A DNA stretch of 64,000 bases, taken from contig CAVQMN010000009.1 in the NCBI GenBank assembly GCA_963713625.1, positions 84,093-148,092 on the forward strand, given 5' to 3'. The notes under the pieces were generated by a model. That model did not search any database, was not told where the DNA came from, and saw nothing but the letters and a program-made list of their open reading frames with translations. This document shows, one piece after another, positions 1-11,309 of the stretch. The translations under genes and the position numbers were made by a program. How positions within the stretch are numbered: position 1 is the stretch's first letter; every line of letters begins with the position of its first letter. The DNA comes from an uncultured Acidimicrobiales bacterium. Lineage in GTDB: Bacteria > Actinomycetota > Acidimicrobiia > Acidimicrobiales > RAAP-2.

Positions 1-672
1 CCAGGCAATGACCACGAAGTGCAGGACCGCCCCGACAATGGTGCAGGCGTGGAAGACCTCGTGGTACCCGAAGACCCCGGGCACGGGATTGGGGCGCTTC
101 CGGGCGTAGACGATGGCACCGAGGGTGTAGGCCAGCCCCCCGGCCAGCAGAAGTGAGAAGCCGACGACGCCCAGCGCGTGGAGCAGCTCGGGGAGCACGG
201 CCACGGCGGCCCAGCCCACCACCACGTAGGGAACGGCGACCACCCACTTGGGCGCATCGAGCCAGACCTGGCGCAAGGTGATGCCGATCACTGCGCCACC
301 CCAGGCGATGCACAGGACGGCGATCCGGGCCCAGCCGCTGAGGGCGATGCCGCCGATGGCGGTGTACGAGCCGGCGATGGCGATGAAGATGGTCGAGTGG
401 TCGGCCCGTCGCATGCGTCGCCGGCCCACCGGCCCCCAGGTCCGCCGGTGGAAGAGGGCGCTGACCCCGAACAGCAGGGAGATGGAGACCGCGTAGATGG
501 AGACCAGCGCTTTGGAGCCCGGGGTCGGTGCCGCCACCACCAGGGCCGCGCCGGACACCAGCGAGACAAAGAACGCCACCTCGTGGAAGACGCCGCGCAG
601 GGCCGGCTTGACCGGCTCCGTTCCGTCGGCGGGACCGGCCCCGCCGACCGGTGCGTGATCGGTGGCCGGCAT
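1..672 (-). CDS. Hemolysin III / PAQR family membrane protein (3' end runs off the left edge)
   Basis: Not in the ORF track. Manual minus-strand translation from ATG at 672 gives MPATDHAPVGG...FHEVAFFVSLVSGAALV...RRADHSTIFIAIAGSYT...GYHEVFHACTIVGAVLHFVVIAW. It is multi-TM with the conserved His/Asp pattern of hemolysin III proteins and has no stop before position 1. Confidence 0.75.
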   Translation of the reverse strand, partial: MPATDHAPVGGAGPADGTEPVKPALRGVFHEVAFFVSLVSGAALVVAAPTPGSKALVSIYAVSISLLFGVSALFHRRTWGPVGRRRMRRADHSTIFIAIAGSYTAIGGIALSGWARIAVLCIAWGGAVIGITLRQVWLDAPKWVVAVPYVVVGWAAVAVLPELLHALGVVGFSLLLAGGLAYTLGAIVYARKRPNPVPGVFGYHEVFHACTIVGAVLHFVVIAW

Positions 673-727
673 CACTTCCGCCGACGACGGCGCGGACCTT
701 CCGGCCCCGGCAGCCCGACCAGACCCA

Positions 728-1480
728 TCAGCCGGTGGCCACCACGTGGAAGGCCTCGGCCAGCCTGCCCTCGGGCAGACCGGCGGCCGACGCCGTGCCC
801 GACATCCACGAGCGCAGGAGACCGTCGAGATGGTCGCCGTCGCCGACCTGACTCACGTGCGAGCGCAGGGCGGCCAGTTTGAGGTCGTAGCACTCGGTGG
901 CATCGACCGCCCGGTCGGCACGATCGGTGGCCATGATCCACACTTCGGGAACCGTATGGGGCTCCAGTCCTTCTTCGACCAGCTCGGGGAAGGCGAAGGG
1001 ATTGCGCGAGTCCGGGTAGACGGCGCAGATGGCCGCCTCGCCCGCGGCCAGATGGTCGGGATGGCTGGCGTAGATGCGGGACCAGTTGCGCTCGGGCGAC
1101 TGGGCCACGACCCGGTCGGGGCGGAACCTGCGGATCACCCTGGTGATGGCCAGCCGGAGATCGAGGCTGGGCAGGAGACGGCCGTCCGGGAACCCGAGAT
1201 AGCTGACGTCGGTCACCCCGACCACTTTGGCCGCGTCCAACTGCTCCTGGCGACGGATCACCGCCATATCGGAGCGCCTGATCGAACGGTCCGATCCACC
1301 GGCGTCGCCGTCGGTGACGATGCAGTAGGCCACCTCGATACCGGCCCGGGTCCAGACGGCCACCGATCCGGCGGCCCCGAAGTCCACGTCGTCCGGATGG
1401 GCGGTCACCACCAGAATTCGGTCGGTGCCTTCAATGCCGGCACCGACGGTCATCGGGGCGCGGAAGTGGGTATCGGACAT
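728..1480 (-). CDS. PIG-L/LmbE family deacetylase
   Basis: 250-aa ORF with ILVVTAHPDDVDFGAAG and SHPDH motifs typical of the LmbE/MshB/Mca zinc deacetylase superfamily. Confidence 0.85.
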   Translation of the reverse strand: MSDTHFRAPMTVGAGIEGTDRILVVTAHPDDVDFGAAGSVAVWTRAGIEVAYCIVTDGDAGGSDRSIRRSDMAVIRRQEQLDAAKVVGVTDVSYLGFPDGRLLPSLDLRLAITRVIRRFRPDRVVAQSPERNWSRIYASHPDHLAAGEAAICAVYPDSRNPFAFPELVEEGLEPHTVPEVWIMATDRADRAVDATECYDLKLAALRSHVSQVGDGDHLDGLLRSWMSGTASAAGLPEGRLAEAFHVVATG

Positions 1481-1611
1481 GGTCTCCTCAGTGGTACCTC
1501 GGTGGGCCTGCCCATCGACCGTATCCCCGGCCGGTCGAGCGGGGGGCCCGGCCCGACGGGATGAGGTGGCGGGTCAGGCCCGGGTCGAATCGAGTCCCGG
1601 TCGAATCGGAC

Positions 1612-2862
1612 TCAGTCGGTGCCCGGCTGCCACCCGGCCAGGTCGGCCAGCCGGGGGTCGTTGGAGAAGATCTCGACCACGGGAACCTTGAGCCCGATCC
1701 GGGTCTGGATGCGCTCGACTTCGAGGATCTGGTTCCACTGCAGCAGCGTGACCACCAGCCCGGCCTCGCCGGCCCGGGCGGTGCGGCCCGAGCGGTGCAG
1801 GTAGGCCTTGTGGTCCTCGGGCGGATCGAAGTGGATGACGACGTCGACCATGTCGATGTCGAGTCCCCGTGCCGCCACATCGGTGGCCACCAGCGCCGGG
1901 AGCTTGCCGTCCCCGAAGTCCTTGAGGGTCCGCTCCCGGTTGGTCTGCCGGAGGTCGCCGTGGATGGCGTCGGCCCGGACACCTTCTTTGCGAAGCTGCT
2001 CGACCAACCGGTCGGCGCCGCGCTTGGTGCGCACGAACACCAGGGTCTTCTCCGAGTTGCGGCAGATGGCCGCACACACCTTGACCCGGTCCATCTGGTG
2101 CACTTCGAGGAACCGGTGCTCCATGGCGTCGACCGTGGTGCGGGGCGAGGCCACTTCGTGCATCACCGGATCGGTCAGGTACCGGCTGACCAGCCGGTCC
2201 ACCGCTCCGTCGAGGGTGGCCGAGAACAGCAGCGTCTGGTGCTCACGCTCGAGACGGCGGAGCACCCACTCCACCTGGGGCATGAACCCCATGTCGGCCA
2301 TCCGGTCGGCCTCGTCGAGCACCAGCGTTTCGATGTCGGCCACCGACAGCTCCCCGCGGTCGCCGAGGTCGATGAGCCGGCCCGGGGTGGCGATGATCAC
2401 GTCCACTCCCCGCCGCAGCTTCTTCACCTGCCGCTCGATGTCCGCTCCCCCGTAGACGGCGGCGATGCGGAGGCCTGCCTCCTTGGCCAGGGGCTCGAGC
2501 ACCTCACTGACCTGCACGGCCAGCTCACGGGTGGGGACGAGCACCAGGGCCCGGGGGCGGCCCGGCTCGGTGGACCGGGCGGCCATGGTGCGCTGGAGCA
2601 GGGGGACACCGAAGGCCAGGGTCTTGCCCGAGCCGGTCTTGGCCTTCCCGCACACATCCCGCCCGGCCAGGGCGTCGGCCACGGTCATGGCCTGGATGGC
2701 GAAGGTCGTGGTGATCCCTTGGCCGGCGAGGGCCTTGACCAGGGCGGGGTCCACACCGAGGGAGGCGAACGTCGGGGCCTGGTCGGCTCCATCGGCGCCT
2801 GCGTCCGGCGCTCCATCGTCCGGATCGAGGACGCGATCCGACGGGTCGATAACGGTTGTCAT
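1612..2862 (-). CDS. DEAD-box ATP-dependent RNA helicase
   Basis: 416 aa with Q-motif region, AKTGSGKT (Walker A), DEADRM, SAT and HRSGRTARAG motifs. Confidence 0.95.
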   Translation of the reverse strand: MTTVIDPSDRVLDPDDGAPDAGADGADQAPTFASLGVDPALVKALAGQGITTTFAIQAMTVADALAGRDVCGKAKTGSGKTLAFGVPLLQRTMAARSTEPGRPRALVLVPTRELAVQVSEVLEPLAKEAGLRIAAVYGGADIERQVKKLRRGVDVIIATPGRLIDLGDRGELSVADIETLVLDEADRMADMGFMPQVEWVLRRLEREHQTLLFSATLDGAVDRLVSRYLTDPVMHEVASPRTTVDAMEHRFLEVHQMDRVKVCAAICRNSEKTLVFVRTKRGADRLVEQLRKEGVRADAIHGDLRQTNRERTLKDFGDGKLPALVATDVAARGLDIDMVDVVIHFDPPEDHKAYLHRSGRTARAGEAGLVVTLLQWNQILEVERIQTRIGLKVPVVEIFSNDPRLADLAGWQPGTD

Positions 2863-3093
2863 GGGGTATGAGGCTCACTCTCGCTGTTCGGTGACGGCCG
2901 GAAGCCGACCGTCGACATCCGTGCCACTCACGAATGCCTTCGGGCCCGCCTCGGGCCATCGTTCCGGCCGCGTCGGCGGTTCGGAGAACGGAGATGAGGA
3001 AGACCCCGGTGGAAGGCACTGCGCCTCACCACCTGGACAGTCTACCCCGGAATGCCCCGCAGACCGGGTACGGCGGGGACGAGGGTGCTCCGC

Positions 3094-5514
<2,421 letters not shown>

Positions 5515-5535
5515 CGCGGTCGGGCGGGCCGGCCC

Positions 5536-6318
5536 TCACTCCTGATGGGACGGGCACCACCACGATGTCCGCCCCCCGACCGTGGACCTGACCAGCTCGG
5601 TCCCGTCCTTCGGGCATCGACCTCCGGCCCGGCGCTCCTCCATGAGGTCCCCGAGGTGCGAGCCACCCCGATCACTCAGGTCGGCGATGGTCCGCACCAC
5701 CTGCCGGTGGAGCCGGCGCACCTCGGCAGGGGTCAGTGATCCCGATGGTCGCAGCGGGGAGAGCCGGGCCCGCCACAGCACCTCGTCGGCCAGCAGGTTG
5801 CCCACGCCCGCCACCCGCGACTGGTCGAGCAGTCGGGCCTTGAGGGGCGCCGCCGACCCCCGGAGGGCCGAGGCCAGTGCTGCCGGGGTGATGGTGGCCG
5901 CGTCGGGACCGAGACGCGAGACGTCCGGCTCGAGCTGGACCCCGCCGAGCCGCCTCGGGTCGTGGACCACCAGGGCGCCGCCGTCGGCGAACCCGAGGGC
6001 GAACCGGTCCCACTTCGGGTCGTACCGTGTCGGGGCGTAGACCAGGTCGTCGTCGACGGTGACACCGTCCACAATCAGCGACCCGGTCATCCCGAACCGG
6101 ACCCCCAGCGTCGGCGCGTCCTCGAAGTCGAGGAGCATCAGCTTGCCGATGCGGCGGGCCGCGGTCAGCCGGTGGCCGGTCAGGGCCCGTCGGAGCGCCC
6201 GCCCGTCGGCCCCTCCCTTGATGAACCAGGAGTCGGGCGCGGAGACCTTGGTGACGGTGCGCCCGAGGGCGCCTTCGGCCAGCCGGCGGTAGTTCTCCAC
6301 TTCGGGCAGTTCGGGCAC
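5536..6318 (-). CDS. Fpg/Nei family DNA glycosylase (formamidopyrimidine / endonuclease VIII-like)
   Basis: GTG start at 6318 gives (M)PELPEVENYRR, the catalytic N-terminal Pro-Glu motif. C-terminal zinc finger CPKDGTELV...GGRTSWWCPSHQ. The upstream part of the 420-aa ORF was rejected. Confidence 0.85.
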   Translation of the reverse strand: MPELPEVENYRRLAEGALGRTVTKVSAPDSWFIKGGADGRALRRALTGHRLTAARRIGKLMLLDFEDAPTLGVRFGMTGSLIVDGVTVDDDLVYAPTRYDPKWDRFALGFADGGALVVHDPRRLGGVQLEPDVSRLGPDAATITPAALASALRGSAAPLKARLLDQSRVAGVGNLLADEVLWRARLSPLRPSGSLTPAEVRRLHRQVVRTIADLSDRGGSHLGDLMEERRAGGRCPKDGTELVRSTVGGRTSWWCPSHQE

Positions 6319-6396
6319 CCGACGAGGGTAGCCAACCCGGGCCCTGCCTTCGCTGTGCTCACGGGTCCCCGGCCCATCTCGATAGGGTAAGGGCCC

Positions 6397-7521
6397 ATGC
6401 CTCCCGAGAAGCCACACTGGGCCGAGTTGTTCACCGAGGTGGTGACCTCGGGCCTGTGCACCGGGTGCGCCGCCTGCATCGTGGCTTGCCCCTACGACGT
6501 CCTCTCCTACGACGACACGGGCGGGCGCTACAAGCCGTTCCACATCGACGCCGAGGGCGGCCCCGACAGCTGCACCCACGGGGTCAAGGGCTGCACCATG
6601 TGCACCCGGGCCTGTCCGAGATTCCGCCTGTGGGAGCCCGAGGTGGACACCCACCTGTTCGGCAGGGAGCGGACGACCGAGGAAGTGGCCGGGATCTCCA
6701 CCGACACCCTCCTGGTGCGGGCCACCGACCCGGAGATCCATCAGTCGGGCCAGGACGGCGGTCTGGTCTCGGCCCTCCTCATCTGGGCCCTCGAGCACGA
6801 CGTGATCGACGCCGCCCTGGTGTCAGACCTCGAAGGGGACGGTTCGACCTGGAAGGCGGTGCCGGCGGTGGCCACCACCCGGGCGGAGGTCCTGGCCGCG
6901 GCCGGGTCGCGGTATACCTACTCGGCCAACCCGCTGGCCTACCCGCTGGCCATCGAGGCCGGCGCGGAACGCATCGCCCTGGTGGGCATGGGATGCCAGT
7001 CGTCGGCTCCCCCGGTCATGCAGGCCCGCAAAGCCGGAAAGATCGCCCGACGGCTGTCACTGACCATCGGCCTCATGTGCTCCAAGACGTTCGACGACGC
7101 CATCTTCCCCGAGCTCTTCGAGGCCAAGTACGGGATCGCCCGGGCCGATATCTCGAAGATGAACATCAAGGGTGTGTTCCAGGTCTGGACCAGGGACGGC
7201 GAGTACCACGAGATCCCGCTGAAGGAAGCGCACGCCTGGACCCGGGAGGGCTGCACCAGCTGCCCGGACTTCGCCGCCGAGCACGCCGATATCTCCACCG
7301 GTGGCATCGGGGCCTTCAACGACTGGACCCTGACCATCGTGCGGACCGACAAGGGCCGCGACCTCCTCGACCGGATGATCGCCGACGGTGCTCTGGAGAC
7401 CAGACCGGGGGACGACGATCCGGGGGCCATCGCCCTGCTGCACAAGCTGGCCCGGGTCAGTCGCCGGCGCTGGCCCGAGACGGCGGTGCCCATGCCCCGG
7501 CGACTTCCGGCCCCCACATGA
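6397..7521 (+). CDS. Coenzyme F420 hydrogenase/dehydrogenase beta-subunit (FrhB/FdhB/FpoF) family protein
   Basis: 374 aa. N-terminal ferredoxin-type Cys clusters CTGCAACIVACP and CTMCTRACP, followed by the FrhB-like body (GMGCQ, CSKTF, CTSCPDFAAEHADISTGG). Confidence 0.75.
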   Translation: MPPEKPHWAELFTEVVTSGLCTGCAACIVACPYDVLSYDDTGGRYKPFHIDAEGGPDSCTHGVKGCTMCTRACPRFRLWEPEVDTHLFGRERTTEEVAGISTDTLLVRATDPEIHQSGQDGGLVSALLIWALEHDVIDAALVSDLEGDGSTWKAVPAVATTRAEVLAAAGSRYTYSANPLAYPLAIEAGAERIALVGMGCQSSAPPVMQARKAGKIARRLSLTIGLMCSKTFDDAIFPELFEAKYGIARADISKMNIKGVFQVWTRDGEYHEIPLKEAHAWTREGCTSCPDFAAEHADISTGGIGAFNDWTLTIVRTDKGRDLLDRMIADGALETRPGDDDPGAIALLHKLARVSRRRWPETAVPMPRRLPAPT

Positions 7522-7539
7522 GAATCGCATGAGAATCGC
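7518..7539 (+). repeat. Perfect 11-bp tandem duplication (ATGAGAATCGC x2) containing the stop codon of the FrhB-like gene
   Basis: Unit 1 is 7518-7528 and unit 2 is 7529-7539. TGA at 7519, TGA at 7530 and TAA at 7541 fall in three different frames. Confidence 0.9.
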
Positions 7540-7737
7540 GTAAAAAATCTGGAAGTAGGGCCGATCGGCCCTAAAAGCGGAGTCGGACCGGGCCTAGGCT
7601 CCCTTTTCAGGAGCACGGGGCCCGGTGACCATCCGGAGGCCCGGGCGCCGACGTGAAGAGCCCATTGTCCTGGATGGCCATCACCTCTGGTCCAACCGCC
7701 TCTGGGAGTCAGCCTTCGATCCCTGGAGGAGATCCGC

Positions 7738-10080
7738 TTGTTCGCCGCCCTCGGACGGTTCACCGTACGGTTTCGCTGGCTGATCATCGCCGGTTGGATC
7801 GTGGCGACCGTGGTCCTCAGTGTCTCCCTGCCCTCGCTCACCAGCGTGGAGAAGAGCAGCAACACCCAATTCCTTCCCGCCCGCGAGCCCAGCGTCCGGG
7901 CCCAGGCCCTGGCCGCGCCGTTCAGCTCGGCGACCTCGATGAGTACGACCTTCGTGGCCTCGTCCTCGGCCGGCCAGCTCACCGCCACTGACAACGCCGA
8001 CGTCGATCGGGCCGAGCTGGCCATGCGCACGGTGCCCCGGGTGACCAACGTGCTGGACCAGGGGGTGTCGGCCAACGGGAGGGCGCGGCGGGCGCTCGTC
8101 GAGATGCAGATCCCGGTTTCGGGAGGGAACAAGGCGGCCACCGAGACGGTGGCTGCGCTCCGGGCCACCTTCGCCGTGCCGGACGGACCGCCCGGCCTGA
8201 CCATGCACCTGACCGGGGGCGTGGCCACGGCCACGGACGAGCAGAATCAGAACGGCCACATCCAGACGCTCACCGAGCTGCTCTCGGTCCTGTTCATCGT
8301 GGCCCTCCTCTTCCTCACCTTCCGGGCTCTCCTGGCCCCGTTGGTGGCCCTGCTCCCGTCGGCGGTAGCCCTGTTGGCAGCCGGCCCGATCATCGCCGAG
8401 TCCACCCATATCGGCGTGCAGGTCTCGGACCTGACACCGATACTCCTCATCGTGGTCCTGCTCGGCGCAGGCACCGACTACGGCCTCTTCCTCATCTTCC
8501 GGCTGCGGGAGGAACTGCGCCGCGGCAAGAACGTGGGCGACGCGGTGTCGTTCTCACTGTGCAAGGTGGGTGAATCGATCACCTTCTCGGGCCTGACCGT
8601 CATCGGCGCCCTGGCCACCGTGGTGGTGGCCACCTTCGGGCTGTACAAGGGGCTGGGTCCCGCCCTGGCCATCGGGATCGCCGTGGCCCTGGCCGCCAAT
8701 CTCACCCTGTTGCCGGCCCTGCTGGCCGTGCTCGGACGCAGCGTGTTCTGGCCCCGGATCCCCACCGTGGGTGAGCACAAGGGCGGAGCGTGGGGCCGCA
8801 TCGCCGCCAAGGTGGTGGGAAGACCCGTGCTCACCCTGATCATCGGTCTGGTCATCTTCTGCGGGCTGGCCGCTTCGATGCTCGCCTACGCTCCCAACGG
8901 CTTCAACAACCAGCCCCCTCCCGCCACCTCCGATTCGGGGAGGGGTCAGGCCGTCCTGGCCGCCGACTTCCCGTCGGTCCAGACCAATCCGACCACCGTG
9001 GTGTTCAAACTGCCGGCATCGGTGTGGACCGACCCGGCCGTACTGGCTGAGGCCAAACAGGGGCTGGCCCGGTCGGGGAAGTTCAGTACGGTGACCGGAG
9101 CCCTGAATCCCGACCAGGGGACGGTCTCCCCGTCATCGCTGGCCCGGGCCCACAGGCTGCTGTCGTCGTTCGGTCCGGCCGACGCGCTCCCACCCGTGCC
9201 TCCTGACGGCGTCGACGTCTCCACCGCCGTCTACCGCGCCTACCTGGCCTCCTCCCAGTTCATCAGCACCGACGGGCGAACCATCCTGTTCGAGACGGCC
9301 CTCCGGGCCGGCCCCCCGGACAGCACGGCGGCCGCGGGGGCGGTACCGGCGGTGCGGGCCGCCGTCGATGCGGTGGGGGGGTCGATCGGGGCGGTGGACA
9401 GCGGGGTCACCGGTGATGCACCCCTGGCGTCCGACGTCGGCACCATCTCCGGCAACGATCTGCTGAGAATCATCCCCATCGTGATGATCGTGCTGGCCCT
9501 GTTGCTGGCCATCGTGCTGCGGAGCCTGGTGGCTCCGCTGTACCTGGTGGTGAGCGTGGGTCTGTCCTACCTGGCCTCCCTCGGGCTGGCCGTGCTGATC
9601 TTCGTGGTCATCGGCGGGCAGGACGGGATCAACTTCGTGCTCCCCTTCTTCATGTTCATCTTCATCATGGCCCTGGGCCAGGACTACAACATCCTGGTCA
9701 TGACCCGCATTCGCGAGGAGGCCCATCACGCGCCGATCAAGGTGGCCGTTCGACGCGCCGTCGAGGCCACCGGCACCACGGTGACCTCGGCCGGCCTCAT
9801 CCTGGCCGGGACGTTCGGCGTGCTGACCGCCACCGGCAATACCCAGGTCCAAGAGATCGGTCTGGGTCTGGCCGCCGGGATCCTCCTCGACACGTTCTTC
9901 GTCCGCACCCTCCTCGTCCCCTCGGTCGTGGTGCTCCTGGGCCGGTGGAACTGGTGGCCGTCCAAACTCGCCGACGAGGACCACAGCCATGACCCGGTGG
10001 CACCGGCGGACGAAGGACCATTTGACGGATGCGAAGGCGTCGAACCCCTGGTCCGGCCCCTGGCCGGGGTGACCAACTGA
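7738..10080 (+). CDS. MMPL family (RND superfamily) membrane transporter
   Basis: 780 aa with two blocks of hydrophobic helices separated by soluble loops. N-terminus MFAALGRFTVRFRWLIIAGWIV is typical of MMPL proteins. TTG start is preceded by GGAGGAG about 7 nt upstream. Confidence 0.9.
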   Translation: MFAALGRFTVRFRWLIIAGWIVATVVLSVSLPSLTSVEKSSNTQFLPAREPSVRAQALAAPFSSATSMSTTFVASSSAGQLTATDNADVDRAELAMRTVPRVTNVLDQGVSANGRARRALVEMQIPVSGGNKAATETVAALRATFAVPDGPPGLTMHLTGGVATATDEQNQNGHIQTLTELLSVLFIVALLFLTFRALLAPLVALLPSAVALLAAGPIIAESTHIGVQVSDLTPILLIVVLLGAGTDYGLFLIFRLREELRRGKNVGDAVSFSLCKVGESITFSGLTVIGALATVVVATFGLYKGLGPALAIGIAVALAANLTLLPALLAVLGRSVFWPRIPTVGEHKGGAWGRIAAKVVGRPVLTLIIGLVIFCGLAASMLAYAPNGFNNQPPPATSDSGRGQAVLAADFPSVQTNPTTVVFKLPASVWTDPAVLAEAKQGLARSGKFSTVTGALNPDQGTVSPSSLARAHRLLSSFGPADALPPVPPDGVDVSTAVYRAYLASSQFISTDGRTILFETALRAGPPDSTAAAGAVPAVRAAVDAVGGSIGAVDSGVTGDAPLASDVGTISGNDLLRIIPIVMIVLALLLAIVLRSLVAPLYLVVSVGLSYLASLGLAVLIFVVIGGQDGINFVLPFFMFIFIMALGQDYNILVMTRIREEAHHAPIKVAVRRAVEATGTTVTSAGLILAGTFGVLTATGNTQVQEIGLGLAAGILLDTFFVRTLLVPSVVVLLGRWNWWPSKLADEDHSHDPVAPADEGPFDGCEGVEPLVRPLAGVTN

Positions 10081-10152
10081 ACAGGTTCCGACCCCGCGGG
10101 GAGCGCGGTCGGAAAGCGGAGGGCACGCCGCGACAGAGTACGGTGAACGGGC

Positions 10153-10815
10153 GTGGCCAGCCGATCGAATGTCCCCAGCCGACCGACGGTGGTCCTTCTG
10201 GTCCGCCACGGGAAGACGCCGACCACCGGAAAGGTGCTCCCCGGTCGGGCTCCAGGCCTCCACCTCTCCGAGGAGGGCCTGGCCCAGGCCGAAGAGGTGG
10301 GGAAACGCTTGCAATCGCTGGTGGCCACGGGTCGACGGGCACCGGTGGCCGTCTACGCCTCGCCCCTGGAACGGACCACGGAGACGGCACGACCCATCGC
10401 CAAGAGTCTCGGGCTCCGCGTGCGCACCGACCGTGGTCTCATCGAGTGCGACTTCGGACAGTGGACCGGGGCCAAGCTCAGTGCACTGGCCAAGAAGCCG
10501 GAGTGGACACAGGTCCAGCGTTGCCCGAGCGGCTTCCGTTTCCCCGGGGGGGAGTCGTTCCCCGAGATGCAAGCCAGGATGGCTTCGGCCATCGACCGCC
10601 TCATCCGCCTGCACCCGGGCGAGACCATCGTCGCCGTGTCGCACGCCGACCCGATCAAGGCCGCGGTGTCGAGCTGTGCGGGCACGCCCCTGGACCTCTT
10701 CCAGCGGCTGGTCATCGCACCGTGCTCGGTGTCGGCCCTGGCCTTCAGCGCGTCCGGTCCCCACGTCCTCACCGTCAACTCCACCGCATCGCTCACGGAG
10801 CTGGCCATCTCATGA
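10153..10815 (+). CDS. Histidine phosphatase family protein, MSMEG_4193-type putative phosphomutase
   Basis: VVLLVRHGKT (RHG catalytic motif) and later AVSHADPIKA. First gene of the phosphomutase/DUF3090/SCO1664 triad. GTG at 10153 lies 8 nt downstream of a TACGGT -10-like hexamer; an alternative in-frame GTG is at 10189. Confidence 0.8.
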   Translation: MASRSNVPSRPTVVLLVRHGKTPTTGKVLPGRAPGLHLSEEGLAQAEEVGKRLQSLVATGRRAPVAVYASPLERTTETARPIAKSLGLRVRTDRGLIECDFGQWTGAKLSALAKKPEWTQVQRCPSGFRFPGGESFPEMQARMASAIDRLIRLHPGETIVAVSHADPIKAAVSSCAGTPLDLFQRLVIAPCSVSALAFSASGPHVLTVNSTASLTELAIS

Positions 10816-11309
10816 GCGAGGGCTACGACCTCTCGTCCCCCGAACGGATCACCGTCGGGACGGTGGGCCCGGTGGGCAGCCGACTCTTCCTCCTCCAGTG
10901 CCGGCAGGGACCGGTCCTGCTCACGCTCAAGATCGAGAAGCAACAGGTGGCGGTGGTGGCCGACTACCTGGCCCGCATCGTGAGGGACCAGCAGCGGCCG
11001 GGGCACCTTCCCGACGACCTCCCGCTCGAGGAGCCGGCCGAGCCGGCCTGGGTGGTCGGCACGGTGGGTGTCTCCTATGACGAGGGCGACGACCGGGTCA
11101 TCCTGGTCATCGAAGAGCTGGTCCCCGAGGACGAGACCGGTGCCATCGCCCGGTTGTCCATCTCCCGCGAACAGGCGGCCGCGTTCGCCATCCAGGCCAC
11201 CCGGCTCGTCGAGTCCGGTCGCCCCCCCTGCCCACTGTGCGGTTCGCCGCTCGACCCCTCCGGACACGAATGCCCGCGGACAAACGGCCACCGTCCTCCG
11301 GCGGTGTGA
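10812..11309 (+). CDS. DUF3090 domain-containing protein
   Basis: 165 aa: MSEGYDLSSPERITVGTVGPVGSRLFLLQCRQG...CPLCGSPLDPSGHECPRTNGH. The ATG overlaps the upstream stop (ATGA). Taken from the tail of the 426-aa ORF 10029..11309. Confidence 0.8.
   Translation: MSEGYDLSSPERITVGTVGPVGSRLFLLQCRQGPVLLTLKIEKQQVAVVADYLARIVRDQQRPGHLPDDLPLEEPAEPAWVVGTVGVSYDEGDDRVILVIEELVPEDETGAIARLSISREQAAAFAIQATRLVESGRPPCPLCGSPLDPSGHECPRTNGHRPPAV

Noticed and set aside
178-1564. Plus-strand ORFs 178..882 and 662..1564.
   Set aside because: They are antisense to the hemolysin III and PIG-L genes and have Arg/Gly/Pro-rich junk composition.
9133-10764. 543-aa minus-strand ORF.
   Set aside because: It is antisense to the MMPL and phosphomutase genes, Arg/Gly/His-rich, and has no recognisable domain.
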